Assembly: GCA_038831915.1 (NCBI GenBank)
Contig: JAWBKB010000016.1
Coordinates: forward strand, 1-34,720
Direction: 5' to 3'
DNA from: Candidatus Caldarchaeum sp.
Lineage (GTDB): Archaea; Thermoproteota; Nitrososphaeria_A; Caldarchaeales; Caldarchaeaceae
DNA: 34,720 bases
Part shown: positions 17,928-27,744 of the stretch, in pieces
How positions within the stretch are numbered: the stretch's first letter is position 1
How the letters are laid out: every line of letters starts with the position of its first letter
Program-made: the position numbers and the translations under genes
The notes under the pieces: generated by a model
Databases searched by the model: none
Told to the model about the DNA's origin: nothing
The model's input: only the letters and a program-made list of their open reading frames with translations

Positions 17928-18710
17928 TCATTCGGTTATTTTTCTGGCAGTGACGATGTAGGCGGTGTGGCCTCTCATGATGAATTCGGGCCTCGTCATA
18001 CCCCTTTTCACGCGGATGTTGCGGAGAAGTAGTTCGACACATGACAGGTCTGCGAAGCCGGTTTTTTCAAGCTCTTCAAAAGTCTGAACCACTTGTTCAA
18101 CTGTTGGACTGAGAGAAACCCAAATGCCGCCGGGCCTCAAGGACTGATGGGCTGTTTTAACAGCGGTCCAAGGCTCTGGAACATCGATAATTGCCGCGTC
18201 CAAATTTCTTTCAGGTATCTCGGCTGAGATATCTCCGACCTTTAGTTCCACGTACTCCTCTAGACCGAGGCCTCTGAGCTTTACCGCTGCAGCTTGTATG
18301 TTTTCGGGCTTGATGTCGTAGCTGTAGACTTTGCCGGACGGCCTAACGAGGTGGGCGAGAAAAGATGTTAGAACACCTGTGCCTGTGCCTGCTTCGAGGA
18401 CATGCGAACCAGGGCCCACTCCTGAAACAACGGCGATGTATCCCAAATCTTTCGGGTAAACTATCTGAGTTGTTCTCGGGAAGAACATTAATCGGTCAAC
18501 TATGGTGGGTTTGAAGACGTACATTCTTGCACCGGTGTTTGTGGTGACCGTGCAACCGCTATTCTTCCCCAGCAAGGCTGATAATTCGACATATCCTTCG
18601 CTGGTATGGAACTTTTTTCCCTCGCGCACCTGAACCAAATATCGTTTCTTTTTCTCTGTTATGAGCAGGACTTTTTCGCTGTCAAGAATCGTGTGTTTCT
18701 GGGTATGCAT
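17928..18710 (-). CDS. trmI: tRNA (adenine-57/58-N1)-methyltransferase
   Basis: R.TQIVYPKD, VLEAGTGTG, IDVPEPW, SPTVEQV, RP..M.GHTAY. Start taken at ATG18710. Confidence 0.93.
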   Translation of the reverse strand: MHTQKHTILDSEKVLLITEKKKRYLVQVREGKKFHTSEGYVELSALLGKNSGCTVTTNTGARMYVFKPTIVDRLMFFPRTTQIVYPKDLGYIAVVSGVGPGSHVLEAGTGTGVLTSFLAHLVRPSGKVYSYDIKPENIQAAAVKLRGLGLEEYVELKVGDISAEIPERNLDAAIIDVPEPWTAVKTAHQSLRPGGIWVSLSPTVEQVVQTFEELEKTGFADLSCVELLLRNIRVKRGMTRPEFIMRGHTAYIVTARKITE

Positions 18711-18751
18711 TCCTGCAAAAGTTAAGAGCCGCTTGACCATATTTATGTAAC

Positions 18752-18811
18752 GCGGCTGTGATGTCTCAGAGTTATGATGATCTGTGAATGGAGGGCATTT
18801 GTCTGAGCCGC
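18752..18811 (+). ncRNA. Candidate double-guide C/D-box sRNA
   Basis: Terminal stem GCGGC/GCCGC; box C-like GUGAUGU (18758-18764); D'-like AUGA (18777-18780); degenerate C' UGUGA; box D CUGA (18803-18806). Guides UCAGAGUUA and GGCAUUUG are complementary to conserved 23S motifs UAACUCUGA and CAAAUGCC (rRNA sequence recalled, not present in this window). Confidence 0.7.
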
Positions 18812-18857
18812 TCCACAAGACTTATTTATGGCATACTAGACGCAAATGTAGCTTACG

Positions 18858-21464
18858 TTGAGAACTGCCGCTTTCCTAATTCTGCTACTATTGATTCCGA
18901 GCGCGGCGGCTCCTTCGCCTGTTCACGAATTTTCCATAGCAATCAGTTCAGAGCATAACCAAATTTCGGATACGGACCAAAACGCAGAGTTCACTCAAAC
19001 GATCCAGGCCAGTATTGAAATCATTGGTACATGGTCCAAAACGCATTTGAAAGTTCGTGTAATTCCCTCGGGTGTTACAGGGCTTGATGAAGCGGCTTTC
19101 CGCGGTGTTTCAACATGGTATGATGTCATATCAGAGTTTGTCCGCGTTTATGGCTACGGCCATCTTTCATCGTTAAGTTATGAATTTGTCAACAACGAAG
19201 CGGAAGCTGACATAACCATCGAATACGTTTCGTCTCTAGGAGGAAATGTATGTGGACTGGCTTCCTTGAGGCAGAATTTTATTACCCGCGAAATTTTACG
19301 CGTCGAAATCAGAATTTCACGTAGCTGCGTTGGCGTAAACTCAGCGACCGCCTACAAAGTGGTCGCCCATGAATACGGCCACGCCCTCGGCCTCGGTCAT
19401 TCCAGCTATGACCAAGATTTGATGTATGAACGTGTTAACGTGGCTGAGCAGCCTTCAACTTTAAACCTCTACGCTTTGGCCGTCGCGTATTCTTGGATTC
19501 GAGACGGAAGATTCCAACGAGTGTCGTTGAGTTCGATAGCTCTTCCGCCCGACATTCCCTACGCATACATCATACCGAGAGCCGAAATTTACACAGTCAG
19601 AATTCTCATCGAATCTGAACTCGGTCAGCATCTGCTCCGAGAATACCAGCTTCGTAGAGGCACCTTATTCAGGTATGAATTCGAACGAGAGATTGATTTC
19701 GGCAACGCCACGAAAATCGTCTTTAACTCCTGGAACGAAAACGATGGCCGCGTGTTCTATCTTAGAAGCTTGGAATTCGTTGTTTCCAGAGATGTTGACA
19801 TCGTAGGTCGCTATAGCGTTTTCTACTATGTTGCGGTTACAGGACTTGGTGTAGACACGAAAGGATGGTTCAGAAAAGGGTCGGAACTCTATTTCACGGC
19901 GGAAGAAATCGTTGATTTCGGCAATGACACGAGGCTGGTGTTTGATAGGTGGAGCGATGGAAATACAGCTAATTCACGCCGCCTAATCGTCGACAAACCC
20001 ATCGAAATAAACGCTATGTATGAAAAACAGTACAGAGTTTATGTCGAATCTTTCTTCGACCTTTTGGAAGGTGACGGATGGTTTTTTGAAGGACAGTTGT
20101 TGAAGTTGTCCATCAACGATTCAGTAGTTGAGGTCGGCGGCGGTATTCGCTTTCGGCTTACCAAAATAATCTATCAGGATATGGAATTTGATGTTTCCCG
20201 CGAGCTTGAAATTGTGGTCGATAAGCCTATTCACCTGCGGACAAACTGGGCCGTCGAATATTTTGTGACCGTTGTTTCAACACATGGAGCGGAAATATTG
20301 TTCGAGAGATGGATGGAAAACGGCTCGATGTTGTTAGTCGAAGCACCGGATGAAATCGTTTGGGATAACAACACCAAAGCGGTTTTCAGCAAATGGAGCA
20401 TCGGGCGTGGCGACTCTTCATATTTGAATTTGCTAGTCACCAAGCCTTTGTACATAATAGCCGAATACAGAATCTACTATTTCGTTGAAATCGATTCACT
20501 CTATCCGACTAACATAAAATCGGGATGGGTTGAAAAAGGAACTCGGATTTTCCTCGACACGGGCCCGCGTTTACGCGAAATCGCTGACGGGAGACGTGTG
20601 AAGTTCGTCGGCTGGACCGACATGGACGGAGACCTGTGGATGAATGTGACTAAGCCTGTCAAACTATCGGCGCATTGGGTTGAGGAAATCAGAATAATTG
20701 TCACTAAACCTAGCGAAATTTCCGTGACATGGGTTCCGATAGGCTCAGTCGTCGAAATCGAGGCTGAGCCGATAATTCAAGTCGACTCTGGTAGAAGGCT
20801 TGTGTTTAGCGGTTTCGGGGGAGACGTCGATGATGTGCAGGGAAACAAAGTGACAATATACGTTGACACACCCAAAGTCGTCAGTCTAGAGTATTATGAG
20901 GAAATGTTGGTCTCTTTCATCACGCAGGATTCTGACGGCTTCTTTGTTCCCGCGGAGATACGTTTGAAAACTGAAAGTGGTATGTTGTCTCTTCTGCCTT
21001 TCACCGAAACTTGGCTCCGCTCAGGCCTCTATCAAATCGATAGGATTGTTTTCAACGATGTTGATGTGAAAAAATCGGACACTCTGACTCTATCTTCTCC
21101 GGGCGAATACAGGCTAAAAGTGAATGTTTACGGGGTTAAGGTTAAGGTGGTCGATTTGCTGGGCGTGCCTTTAGTGGGCAGTTCCGTAAAGCTGGAAAGA
21201 GAGACGGGCAGACTTGAGGGTTTCGGAAAAGTGAATAGCTGGGGAGAAATCGAATTCACTAACGTCACTCCAGAGGCAACCCTTGGAACAGTTGAATATT
21301 TAATGCTCCGACACGCATTCGTATTGGAGCCAGAAAAAGAATTCGTAGAAGTAAGAATGGGGTTGTCTGTTCAAGCAATATCATCTATCCTTTTGGCGAT
21401 TTTGTTGATTGCGTTGGCGGTAGCAAAACATAAAGAGCGAATGAAAGGCGATGATGTTGGTTGA
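18858..21464 (+). CDS. Secreted, membrane-anchored metzincin (matrixin/M10-like) protease with tandem beta-repeat stalk
   Basis: Signal peptide, HEYGHALGLGHS zinc motif with Met-turn (DLMY), about six ~70-aa repeats (e.g. DFGNDTRLVFDRWSDG), and a C-terminal TM helix with basic tail. Confidence 0.88.
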   Translation: MRTAAFLILLLLIPSAAAPSPVHEFSIAISSEHNQISDTDQNAEFTQTIQASIEIIGTWSKTHLKVRVIPSGVTGLDEAAFRGVSTWYDVISEFVRVYGYGHLSSLSYEFVNNEAEADITIEYVSSLGGNVCGLASLRQNFITREILRVEIRISRSCVGVNSATAYKVVAHEYGHALGLGHSSYDQDLMYERVNVAEQPSTLNLYALAVAYSWIRDGRFQRVSLSSIALPPDIPYAYIIPRAEIYTVRILIESELGQHLLREYQLRRGTLFRYEFEREIDFGNATKIVFNSWNENDGRVFYLRSLEFVVSRDVDIVGRYSVFYYVAVTGLGVDTKGWFRKGSELYFTAEEIVDFGNDTRLVFDRWSDGNTANSRRLIVDKPIEINAMYEKQYRVYVESFFDLLEGDGWFFEGQLLKLSINDSVVEVGGGIRFRLTKIIYQDMEFDVSRELEIVVDKPIHLRTNWAVEYFVTVVSTHGAEILFERWMENGSMLLVEAPDEIVWDNNTKAVFSKWSIGRGDSSYLNLLVTKPLYIIAEYRIYYFVEIDSLYPTNIKSGWVEKGTRIFLDTGPRLREIADGRRVKFVGWTDMDGDLWMNVTKPVKLSAHWVEEIRIIVTKPSEISVTWVPIGSVVEIEAEPIIQVDSGRRLVFSGFGGDVDDVQGNKVTIYVDTPKVVSLEYYEEMLVSFITQDSDGFFVPAEIRLKTESGMLSLLPFTETWLRSGLYQIDRIVFNDVDVKKSDTLTLSSPGEYRLKVNVYGVKVKVVDLLGVPLVGSSVKLERETGRLEGFGKVNSWGEIEFTNVTPEATLGTVEYLMLRHAFVLEPEKEFVEVRMGLSVQAISSILLAILLIALAVAKHKERMKGDDVG

Positions 21465-22543
21465 CAGGCAACGTAATCGGCGAGAGGTTCATGGTTGTCA
21501 GCTTTGGCGAAAGTCATGGAAGATGCGTAGGAGCATTGGTAGACGGTTGTCCTCCGGGAATTCCACTTTCTGAGCAGGACGTTCAAGTCGAGCTCGACCG
21601 ACGACGGCCTGGCCAATCACTTGTTTCGACCACGAGAGCCGAAGAAGACCGGGTAGAAATTCTTTCAGGAGTTTTCCAAGGATATACAACTGGTGCCCCA
21701 ATCCTAATGCTCGTCTGGAACAAAGACGTCGATCCAAGGCCGTATGAAATGTTGAAAAACAAACCGCGGCCAGGTCACGCTGATTATCCCGCATCTGTGA
21801 AATACCGTGGATTTAACGACTACCGAGGTGGAGGCCGTTTTTCCGGCCGAATCACAGCGGGATATGTGATGGCCGGAGCCGTCGCTAAAAAAATACTCGC
21901 GAAGCTTGGCGTCGAGGTTCTGGCGTATTCCCTTGAAATAGGAGGTGTGAGGACACCGCAAATAACCGTGGACCAAATACGTGAAAACCGTTATGCCAAC
22001 GAAGTCAGATGTCCTGACCCAATCACAGCCGAAGAAATGAAGAAAGTTATTCTCGCCGCGCGTAAAGAAGGTGACAGCGTGGGAGGCATCGTGGAATGCA
22101 TCGCGTTAAACCTGCCTCTAGGACTTGGCGAACCCGTTTTCAGCTCCCTTGACTCTGACCTTGCTCGGGCCCTTTTCTCGATACCAGCAGTGAAAGGTGT
22201 TGAATTTGGCAGCGGGTTTGCTGCGGCACGTCTCCGTGGAAGCGAAAACAACGACCCGTACACTATAGTTGATGGGAAGATCACAACACTGCGGAACAAC
22301 TCGGGAGGCATCTTGGGTGGGCTTTCCACAGGTTCACCCCTTGTCCTACGCGTGGCTTTCAAGCCAGCTTCATCCATCGCGAAACCTCAGAAGACTGTTG
22401 ACCTCGAGTCGAAGACTGAGACGGAAATCATTGTTCCGGGCCGGCATGACCCGACTGTGGTTCCACGGGCGGTGCCGGTTGTCGAAGCCGTCGTAGCTTT
22501 TGTGCTGGCCGACCACGTGTTGAGAGCGGGTCTCATCCAATAA
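21461..22543 (+). CDS. aroC: Chorismate synthase
   Basis: SFGESHG, RRRPGQ, PRPGHAD, RGGGRFSGR, SIPAVKG, GGILGGLS, GRHDP. Confidence 0.97.
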   Translation: MTGNVIGERFMVVSFGESHGRCVGALVDGCPPGIPLSEQDVQVELDRRRPGQSLVSTTRAEEDRVEILSGVFQGYTTGAPILMLVWNKDVDPRPYEMLKNKPRPGHADYPASVKYRGFNDYRGGGRFSGRITAGYVMAGAVAKKILAKLGVEVLAYSLEIGGVRTPQITVDQIRENRYANEVRCPDPITAEEMKKVILAARKEGDSVGGIVECIALNLPLGLGEPVFSSLDSDLARALFSIPAVKGVEFGSGFAAARLRGSENNDPYTIVDGKITTLRNNSGGILGGLSTGSPLVLRVAFKPASSIAKPQKTVDLESKTETEIIVPGRHDPTVVPRAVPVVEAVVAFVLADHVLRAGLIQ

Positions 22544-22591
22544 CAATTGTAGTGCACGAGCACATATAAGCCGAACAACATTTCAATCTTC

Positions 22592-22888
22592 ATGTCGGAA
22601 TATCGGCTTTTGACTGAACGGGAAATAAAGCAAGCGTTAGCTGCCCTCGGCGAAGAATGGAGCATAAGGGATGCCAAGCTCTACAGAAAAATCGTGTTCC
22701 GCGACTTCGTTGAATGCGTCGGGTTTATCGTAAAGCTCGCGATTGAGGCCGAGAAGCTACAGCATCATCCCGAAATGTTCAACGTGTACAACACTTTGGA
22801 AATCTGGCTGACCACTCACGACCTCGGCGGAATCAGCACTTACGACGTCAAACTCGCTCAAAAAATTGATGAACTACTGGGCCGGTAG
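22592..22888 (+). CDS. Pterin-4-alpha-carbinolamine dehydratase
   Basis: AEKLQHHPE, LTTHDLGGIS..DVKLAQKID. Confidence 0.93.
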   Translation: MSEYRLLTEREIKQALAALGEEWSIRDAKLYRKIVFRDFVECVGFIVKLAIEAEKLQHHPEMFNVYNTLEIWLTTHDLGGISTYDVKLAQKIDELLGR

Positions 22889-23884
22889 CTTTCTCGACGC
22901 CACGTTTATAGCGGCTTCCGAAATGTCTCCGGCGTATTCAGAAACCCTGCGAATGCTGTTCAAAACAATCAGGTTAGTTGTCCTTTCTTCGATTTCCTCG
23001 GTTTTTCTTGAAGTTGTGTTGAACGACTCTATGGCCGAGGATACCTTCTCTATGGAGGAAAGGACAGCGTTGGCTTTCGAAATGTTCAAGTCTAAGAGAG
23101 CTTGAACAGATGACTTTAGGAGCTCTACGACGTCTTCGCCGAGTTCACTGATTCTTTTACCGACTTTTTTCCGGTGGTCGGCGGACAACGCTCTTTTCGC
23201 GATAGTCACCGCGTGGTCCGCTGCTCTTTCGATGCTCTTAGCGGCCAAAACGTAGTTTATGCATTCGCTGGGGTCTGAAAGCTGAAGCGATTTAAGCATG
23301 GTGTAGTCTCGGGCGGCCAATGTGAGCTGGCGGGTAACAAAGTGGTAAAAGCGGTCGACTTCATCGTCCCTCCGTATGACGTCATCGGCCAAAGTCCTGT
23401 CCAACTCGGTTACACTAGTCATCGCGTCAGAAAGCATGTAAGTTGTTATCGTGCTCATCCGTTCAATCGATGAGGCGAGCGGCAGAGTATCACTTATGGG
23501 CAAGACCTGGGCCAGGATTTCAGTGGTCGATTCACCGATTACTTCAACGCCTACAAGCCACCGTCGAACCCTGTCCTTAAGGATTCCGGCTAATAATGGA
23601 GAATAAGACGAAAATTTCACCCGAATTCTGTCGTAGCCGTCCAGATATTTGGAAAAAAATATGCGAACGACTTCGTCAGGGTTTTCGTTCCCAGACACAT
23701 GAACGACGGTCTCTCCTAACCCCCCGCCGCTTTCGCCGACGATAAGTAAGCCAGATGCGTACGGTATTATTTTTACACGGTCGAATTTCTTCAAACCTTC
23801 TTTCTCCACCCATTCTTTCGGTAGCGAGATGATGTACGTGGAGCGGCCGGTTTTCTGAATGCGGCGGAAGTAAATGCTTTCCAC
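22874..23884 (-). CDS. AbrB-domain / tandem PhoU phosphate uptake regulator
   Basis: N-terminal RRIQKTGRSTYIISLPKEW (archaeal AbrB), with PhoU repeats RDDEVDRFY, ERAADHA and RRVSEYAGDISE. Start taken at GTG23884; the ORF-track extension overlaps pstS. Confidence 0.92.
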   Translation of the reverse strand: MESIYFRRIQKTGRSTYIISLPKEWVEKEGLKKFDRVKIIPYASGLLIVGESGGGLGETVVHVSGNENPDEVVRIFFSKYLDGYDRIRVKFSSYSPLLAGILKDRVRRWLVGVEVIGESTTEILAQVLPISDTLPLASSIERMSTITTYMLSDAMTSVTELDRTLADDVIRRDDEVDRFYHFVTRQLTLAARDYTMLKSLQLSDPSECINYVLAAKSIERAADHAVTIAKRALSADHRKKVGKRISELGEDVVELLKSSVQALLDLNISKANAVLSSIEKVSSAIESFNTTSRKTEEIEERTTNLIVLNSIRRVSEYAGDISEAAINVASRKLPAQ

Positions 23885-23889
23885 GGCCA

Positions 23890-23953
23890 CACTATAATAT
23901 TCCACTATATAGACATTAAAGCCGAAAATATTCATAGCGACCAAGCTATATAT
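23890..23953. promoter_or_regulatory. Divergent phoU-regulator/pstS promoter with repeated CTATA elements
   Basis: CACTATA at 23890-23896 and 23903-23909, and GCTATATAT at 23945-23953, within a ~95-nt intergenic gap. Confidence 0.5.
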
Positions 23954-23979
23954 CATGGTAAACCGACCAGTCAACCGCC

Positions 23980-25089
23980 ATGGAAAAAAGCAAAGGCGTA
24001 TCATCCACCTTCGTTGGAGGCGTTGTCGTAGCTCTCGTGGTTGGCCTCGTTCTCGGACTCGTCGCTGGGCCGTCATTATTCGGTGGACCACCTCAAACCA
24101 TCACGCTAATTCAAACGGTAACCCGTGAAGTCGGCGGAGCAGGAGCCGTAACGATAACGGCCACACCGGGTCCAACCACCGTGCAACTCGCAGGTTCAAT
24201 CGAAATCGACGGTTCCAGCACAGTCTATCCCATAACCGAAGCTGTTGCTGAAGCCTTCATGAAAATCCACCGCAACGTCGACATTAAAGTCGGTATCTCG
24301 GGCACAGGAGGCGGTTTTAAACGATTCGTCATCGGTGAAACAGACATCAACGATGCTTCGAGGCCCATAACCAAGTCGGAGGCCGAAGCTGCTGCGAAAA
24401 ATGGCATTGAATGGTTCGAAGTTCCGATTGCGATTGACGCCCTTGTGGTCGTAGTCAACAAAGCCGCAACCTGGGTCGATTGCATCGCCATCTCTGAACT
24501 CAAACGAATATGGGAACCGGAAAGCAAAGTCCGTCTCTGGAGTGACGTAAGACCTGAATGGCCAGCTCAACCAATCAGACTTTACGGTCCAGGGCCTGAC
24601 AGCGGAACTTTCGACTACTTCACAGAAAGAGTGGTGGGAAAAGCCAAAGCAAGTAGAACAGACTACATTGCGTCTGAAGACGACAACGTGTTGGTAGCGG
24701 GTGTCGAAAGAGAAACGTATGCTCTCGGATACTTTGGCTACGCTTATTACCCCGAAGCTAAGGATAAAATCAAGGCTCTAAAGGTCCAAGACGACGAAGC
24801 GGGGGGTGCGTGCATCGAACCTGGAGACGAAACGGCCAAAACATTCGTCTACCCGTTGGCTCGTCCGCTGTTCCTCTACGTTAGCAAGAAAGCATGGGAC
24901 ACCAAACCACATCTCAGAGAATTCATCTACTTCTACCTCGAAAACGGGCCCACCTTCATGAAGAAAGTCCAATACACACCTTTCCCAGACCACTACTACG
25001 TAAAAGCGCTGGCACTGATCAAAAGCGGTATATACACCGGCCTCTACGAACTCACAAGACTTAAGAACGAGAACGCAGGCCCACGGTGA
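23980..25089 (+). CDS. pstS: Phosphate ABC transporter substrate-binding protein
   Basis: N-terminal TM anchor and Thr-rich linker; IDGSSTVYPI, SGTGGGF, DASR, DSGTFDYF, YPLARPLF. Confidence 0.95.
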   Translation: MEKSKGVSSTFVGGVVVALVVGLVLGLVAGPSLFGGPPQTITLIQTVTREVGGAGAVTITATPGPTTVQLAGSIEIDGSSTVYPITEAVAEAFMKIHRNVDIKVGISGTGGGFKRFVIGETDINDASRPITKSEAEAAAKNGIEWFEVPIAIDALVVVVNKAATWVDCIAISELKRIWEPESKVRLWSDVRPEWPAQPIRLYGPGPDSGTFDYFTERVVGKAKASRTDYIASEDDNVLVAGVERETYALGYFGYAYYPEAKDKIKALKVQDDEAGGACIEPGDETAKTFVYPLARPLFLYVSKKAWDTKPHLREFIYFYLENGPTFMKKVQYTPFPDHYYVKALALIKSGIYTGLYELTRLKNENAGPR

Positions 25090-25098
25090 AGGGAAGAA

Positions 25099-26025
25099 TT
25101 GTCCTCAAACATTTTTTTTGACCCCGTCTTTTTAAAAAACCTACGGAGAAGGCAAATCAAAACAACTCTCGTTAACATCCTGCTTTTGGCGGCGTCATCC
25201 ATCTCATTCATATCAATTGTCGTTATAGTCGGTTCCCTCGTCCTTGAATCGTCCATCTTTTTCGGCCAAGTTTCAATTACTGAATTCATCACGGGCACTG
25301 AATGGACAGTTCTCTTCACGCCGAAGAAATTCGGTGTCCAGCCCTTGCTCGTCGCCACGGCCATAACTTCGCTCATAGCTTTAGCGGTGGCTATACCAGT
25401 CGGGTTGGCCGTGGCCATTTATTTGAGCGAATACGCGAGCAACAGGGCAAGAAGACCTATAAAAAGCGTCATCGAAGTTCTTGCGGGAATTCCCACAGTC
25501 GTTTATGGATATTTCGCCCTTTACTTCATTTCGCCAAACCTTTTGATGCCGTTGATCGAAGGCATAGGTGTTCATAGCGCGCTAGCCGTTGGTCTGACAA
25601 TCGGGGTTTTGATCATTCCTATTGTGGCTTCGCTGAGCGAAGATGCCATGTATTCTGTCCCGGAAGACTTTCGACAGGCTGCTTACAGCCTTGGAGCGCG
25701 CAAAGTGGACGTCGTCTTCAGAGTCGTCCTGCCAGCCGCTCTATCTGGCATTTTTGCGTCAATAATTCTGGCTTTTACAAGGGCTATGGGAGAAACGATG
25801 ATTGCTGCCATAGCTGGAGGGTTCCGTGTTTATTATTCATGGGACCCACGCGAGGCGATGCAGACCATGACGGCTTTCATCGCTCAAGTTGCGACGGGAG
25901 ACGCGCCTCACGGAACCATCGAGTATCAATCAATCTTCGCTGTCGGACTTCTTCTATTCTTAGTCACCATGGCCTTTAACATCGTCGCACTGTATATCGT
26001 AAAGAGGTGGCAGGTACGGTACTAG
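25099..26025 (+). CDS. pstC: Phosphate ABC transporter permease
   Basis: AIYLSEYA, LAGIPTVVYG, EAA-type loop (RQAAYSLGA), RAMGETM. Confidence 0.95.
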   Translation: MSSNIFFDPVFLKNLRRRQIKTTLVNILLLAASSISFISIVVIVGSLVLESSIFFGQVSITEFITGTEWTVLFTPKKFGVQPLLVATAITSLIALAVAIPVGLAVAIYLSEYASNRARRPIKSVIEVLAGIPTVVYGYFALYFISPNLLMPLIEGIGVHSALAVGLTIGVLIIPIVASLSEDAMYSVPEDFRQAAYSLGARKVDVVFRVVLPAALSGIFASIILAFTRAMGETMIAAIAGGFRVYYSWDPREAMQTMTAFIAQVATGDAPHGTIEYQSIFAVGLLLFLVTMAFNIVALYIVKRWQVRY

Positions 26026-26897
26026 AAGTGAAAGTTTTGTCGAGAAGAGACAGACTCAAAAAGATATTGGATATTGCGACCCCTGTAATCTTGGCCATAG
26101 CCGTGTTTATCGCGATTTCGGCTGTCGCGGCTCTATTGATAACAGTAGTGTATCAGGGAGCAGGAAGACTATCGCTGAACCTGATTTTAGAATATCCATC
26201 CGCCAATCCTGCAGAAGCTGGTATGAGGTCGGCTTTTCTTGGAAGTTTTTGGACGCTGGGGCTTTCCGCACTTGTCAGCGTGCCGCTGGGAATCGCTACG
26301 GGCCTCTACCTTTCAGAATGGTCGAGTTGGAGACGGTTTAGACGCTTTGTCGAATTTAACATCGCAAACCTCGCAGGTGTTCCGTCCATTATTTTCGGAC
26401 TTGTCGGGCTAAGCCTTCTTACTTACGGACTTGGATGGGGAAGGTCAATCATCGCTGGTGCATTCACGCTTGGAATAATGACGCTTCCTCTCGTGACCGT
26501 CTCAGCCGCAGAAGCAGTCAAAACCGTCCCCGAAGCCCTTAAACATGGCGCATATGCATTAGGTGCGACAAAGCTGCAGGTAACCCGTTACATCATCCTA
26601 CCACGGTCGCTGCCCATGATGATGACGGGGGCGATTTTGGCCATTTCGCGGGCGATAGGCGAAGCCGCACCAATTCTCATAATCAGCGGGCTTTTGTTCA
26701 TCAGGCGAGACCCTGTGAGCATTTTCGACCGTTTCACGGTGATGCCGCTTCAGATTTTCAACTGGGTCAGCAGGCCGCAGGTGGCGTTTCAAGAACTTGC
26801 GTCCGCCGCGATTATTGTCTTGCTGATGCTTTTGCTTGCGTTGAATGCATCGGCCATAGCTATAAGGTACCGTTTCCAAAAAAGGTTGGTGCTGTAG
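26007..26897 (+). CDS. pstA: Phosphate ABC transporter permease
   Basis: NLAGVPSIIFG, AYALGAT, RAIGEAAP, PLQIFNW. Alternative start at GTG26028. Confidence 0.95.
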   Translation: MAGTVLEVKVLSRRDRLKKILDIATPVILAIAVFIAISAVAALLITVVYQGAGRLSLNLILEYPSANPAEAGMRSAFLGSFWTLGLSALVSVPLGIATGLYLSEWSSWRRFRRFVEFNIANLAGVPSIIFGLVGLSLLTYGLGWGRSIIAGAFTLGIMTLPLVTVSAAEAVKTVPEALKHGAYALGATKLQVTRYIILPRSLPMMMTGAILAISRAIGEAAPILIISGLLFIRRDPVSIFDRFTVMPLQIFNWVSRPQVAFQELASAAIIVLLMLLLALNASAIAIRYRFQKRLVL

Positions 26898-26900
26898 TGG

Positions 26901-27725
26901 ATGTTGACCAAGAGGCTGGCGGTTCAACCAGAAATTTTGCGTCCAAGCGATGGAGGAGCAGTTATAGAAGTTAAGAACCTCGTGGTCAAGTACGGGAACA
27001 AATACGCCATTAAAGACATTAACCTGAAATTCGAGCGGAGCCAGATTACAGCGATAATCGGGCCTTCGGGCTGCGGAAAATCAACCTTTCTCAGATGTTT
27101 GAACAGAATGAACGACCTCATTCCCGAGGCAAAAGTCGAAGGTAAAGTATTCTACCGGGGAATAGACATTTACAGCGACTCAGTTGACCCAGTGGCTGTC
27201 CGAACCGTTGTTGGCATGGTTTTCCAAAGGCCCAACCCATTCCCCATGTCGATTTTCAACAACGTCTCCTTTGGGCTAAAGGTAAACGGCGTTAAATTCA
27301 CGAAACAGGAAATGTATGAAAAAGTCAAAGATGCTTTGATTAAGGCGGCTCTCTGGGATGAGGTGAAAGACAGGTTGGACGCGCCTGCTTACTCTCTTTC
27401 AGGAGGGCAGCAGCAGAGGCTTTGCATCGCCCGGGCTCTCGCAGTCGACCCAGATGTGATTCTTCTCGACGAACCCACGGTCTCGCTTGACCCGATTTCA
27501 ACGGCTAAAATTGAACAACTCCTGCGACAAATCTGCAACGAATACACGATCATCATCGTAACCCACAACATGCAGCAGGCCGCCAGAGTATCGGACTACA
27601 CAGCAGTCATGATGCCCGATGAGCAAATGATAGGTAGGCTGATAGAATTCGGGCCCACAAAAGAAATCTTCACAAACCCGCGAGACAAACGAACTGAGGA
27701 CTACATTTCGGGAAGAATAGGGTGA
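26901..27725 (+). CDS. pstB: Phosphate ABC transporter ATPase
   Basis: [57 protein letters not shown]. Confidence 0.97.
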   Translation: MLTKRLAVQPEILRPSDGGAVIEVKNLVVKYGNKYAIKDINLKFERSQITAIIGPSGCGKSTFLRCLNRMNDLIPEAKVEGKVFYRGIDIYSDSVDPVAVRTVVGMVFQRPNPFPMSIFNNVSFGLKVNGVKFTKQEMYEKVKDALIKAALWDEVKDRLDAPAYSLSGGQQQRLCIARALAVDPDVILLDEPTVSLDPISTAKIEQLLRQICNEYTIIIVTHNMQQAARVSDYTAVMMPDEQMIGRLIEFGPTKEIFTNPRDKRTEDYISGRIG

Positions 27726-27744
27726 GCCGGAAACGACCCGTCTC

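Noticed and set aside
18711-18818. N-terminal extension of trmI
   Set aside because: It covers the promoter and the antisense C/D sRNA candidate; family similarity begins near ATG18710.
23885-24091. N-terminal extension of the AbrB-PhoU ORF
   Set aside because: It runs through the promoter and overlaps pstS on the opposite strand; the AbrB motif begins just after GTG23884.
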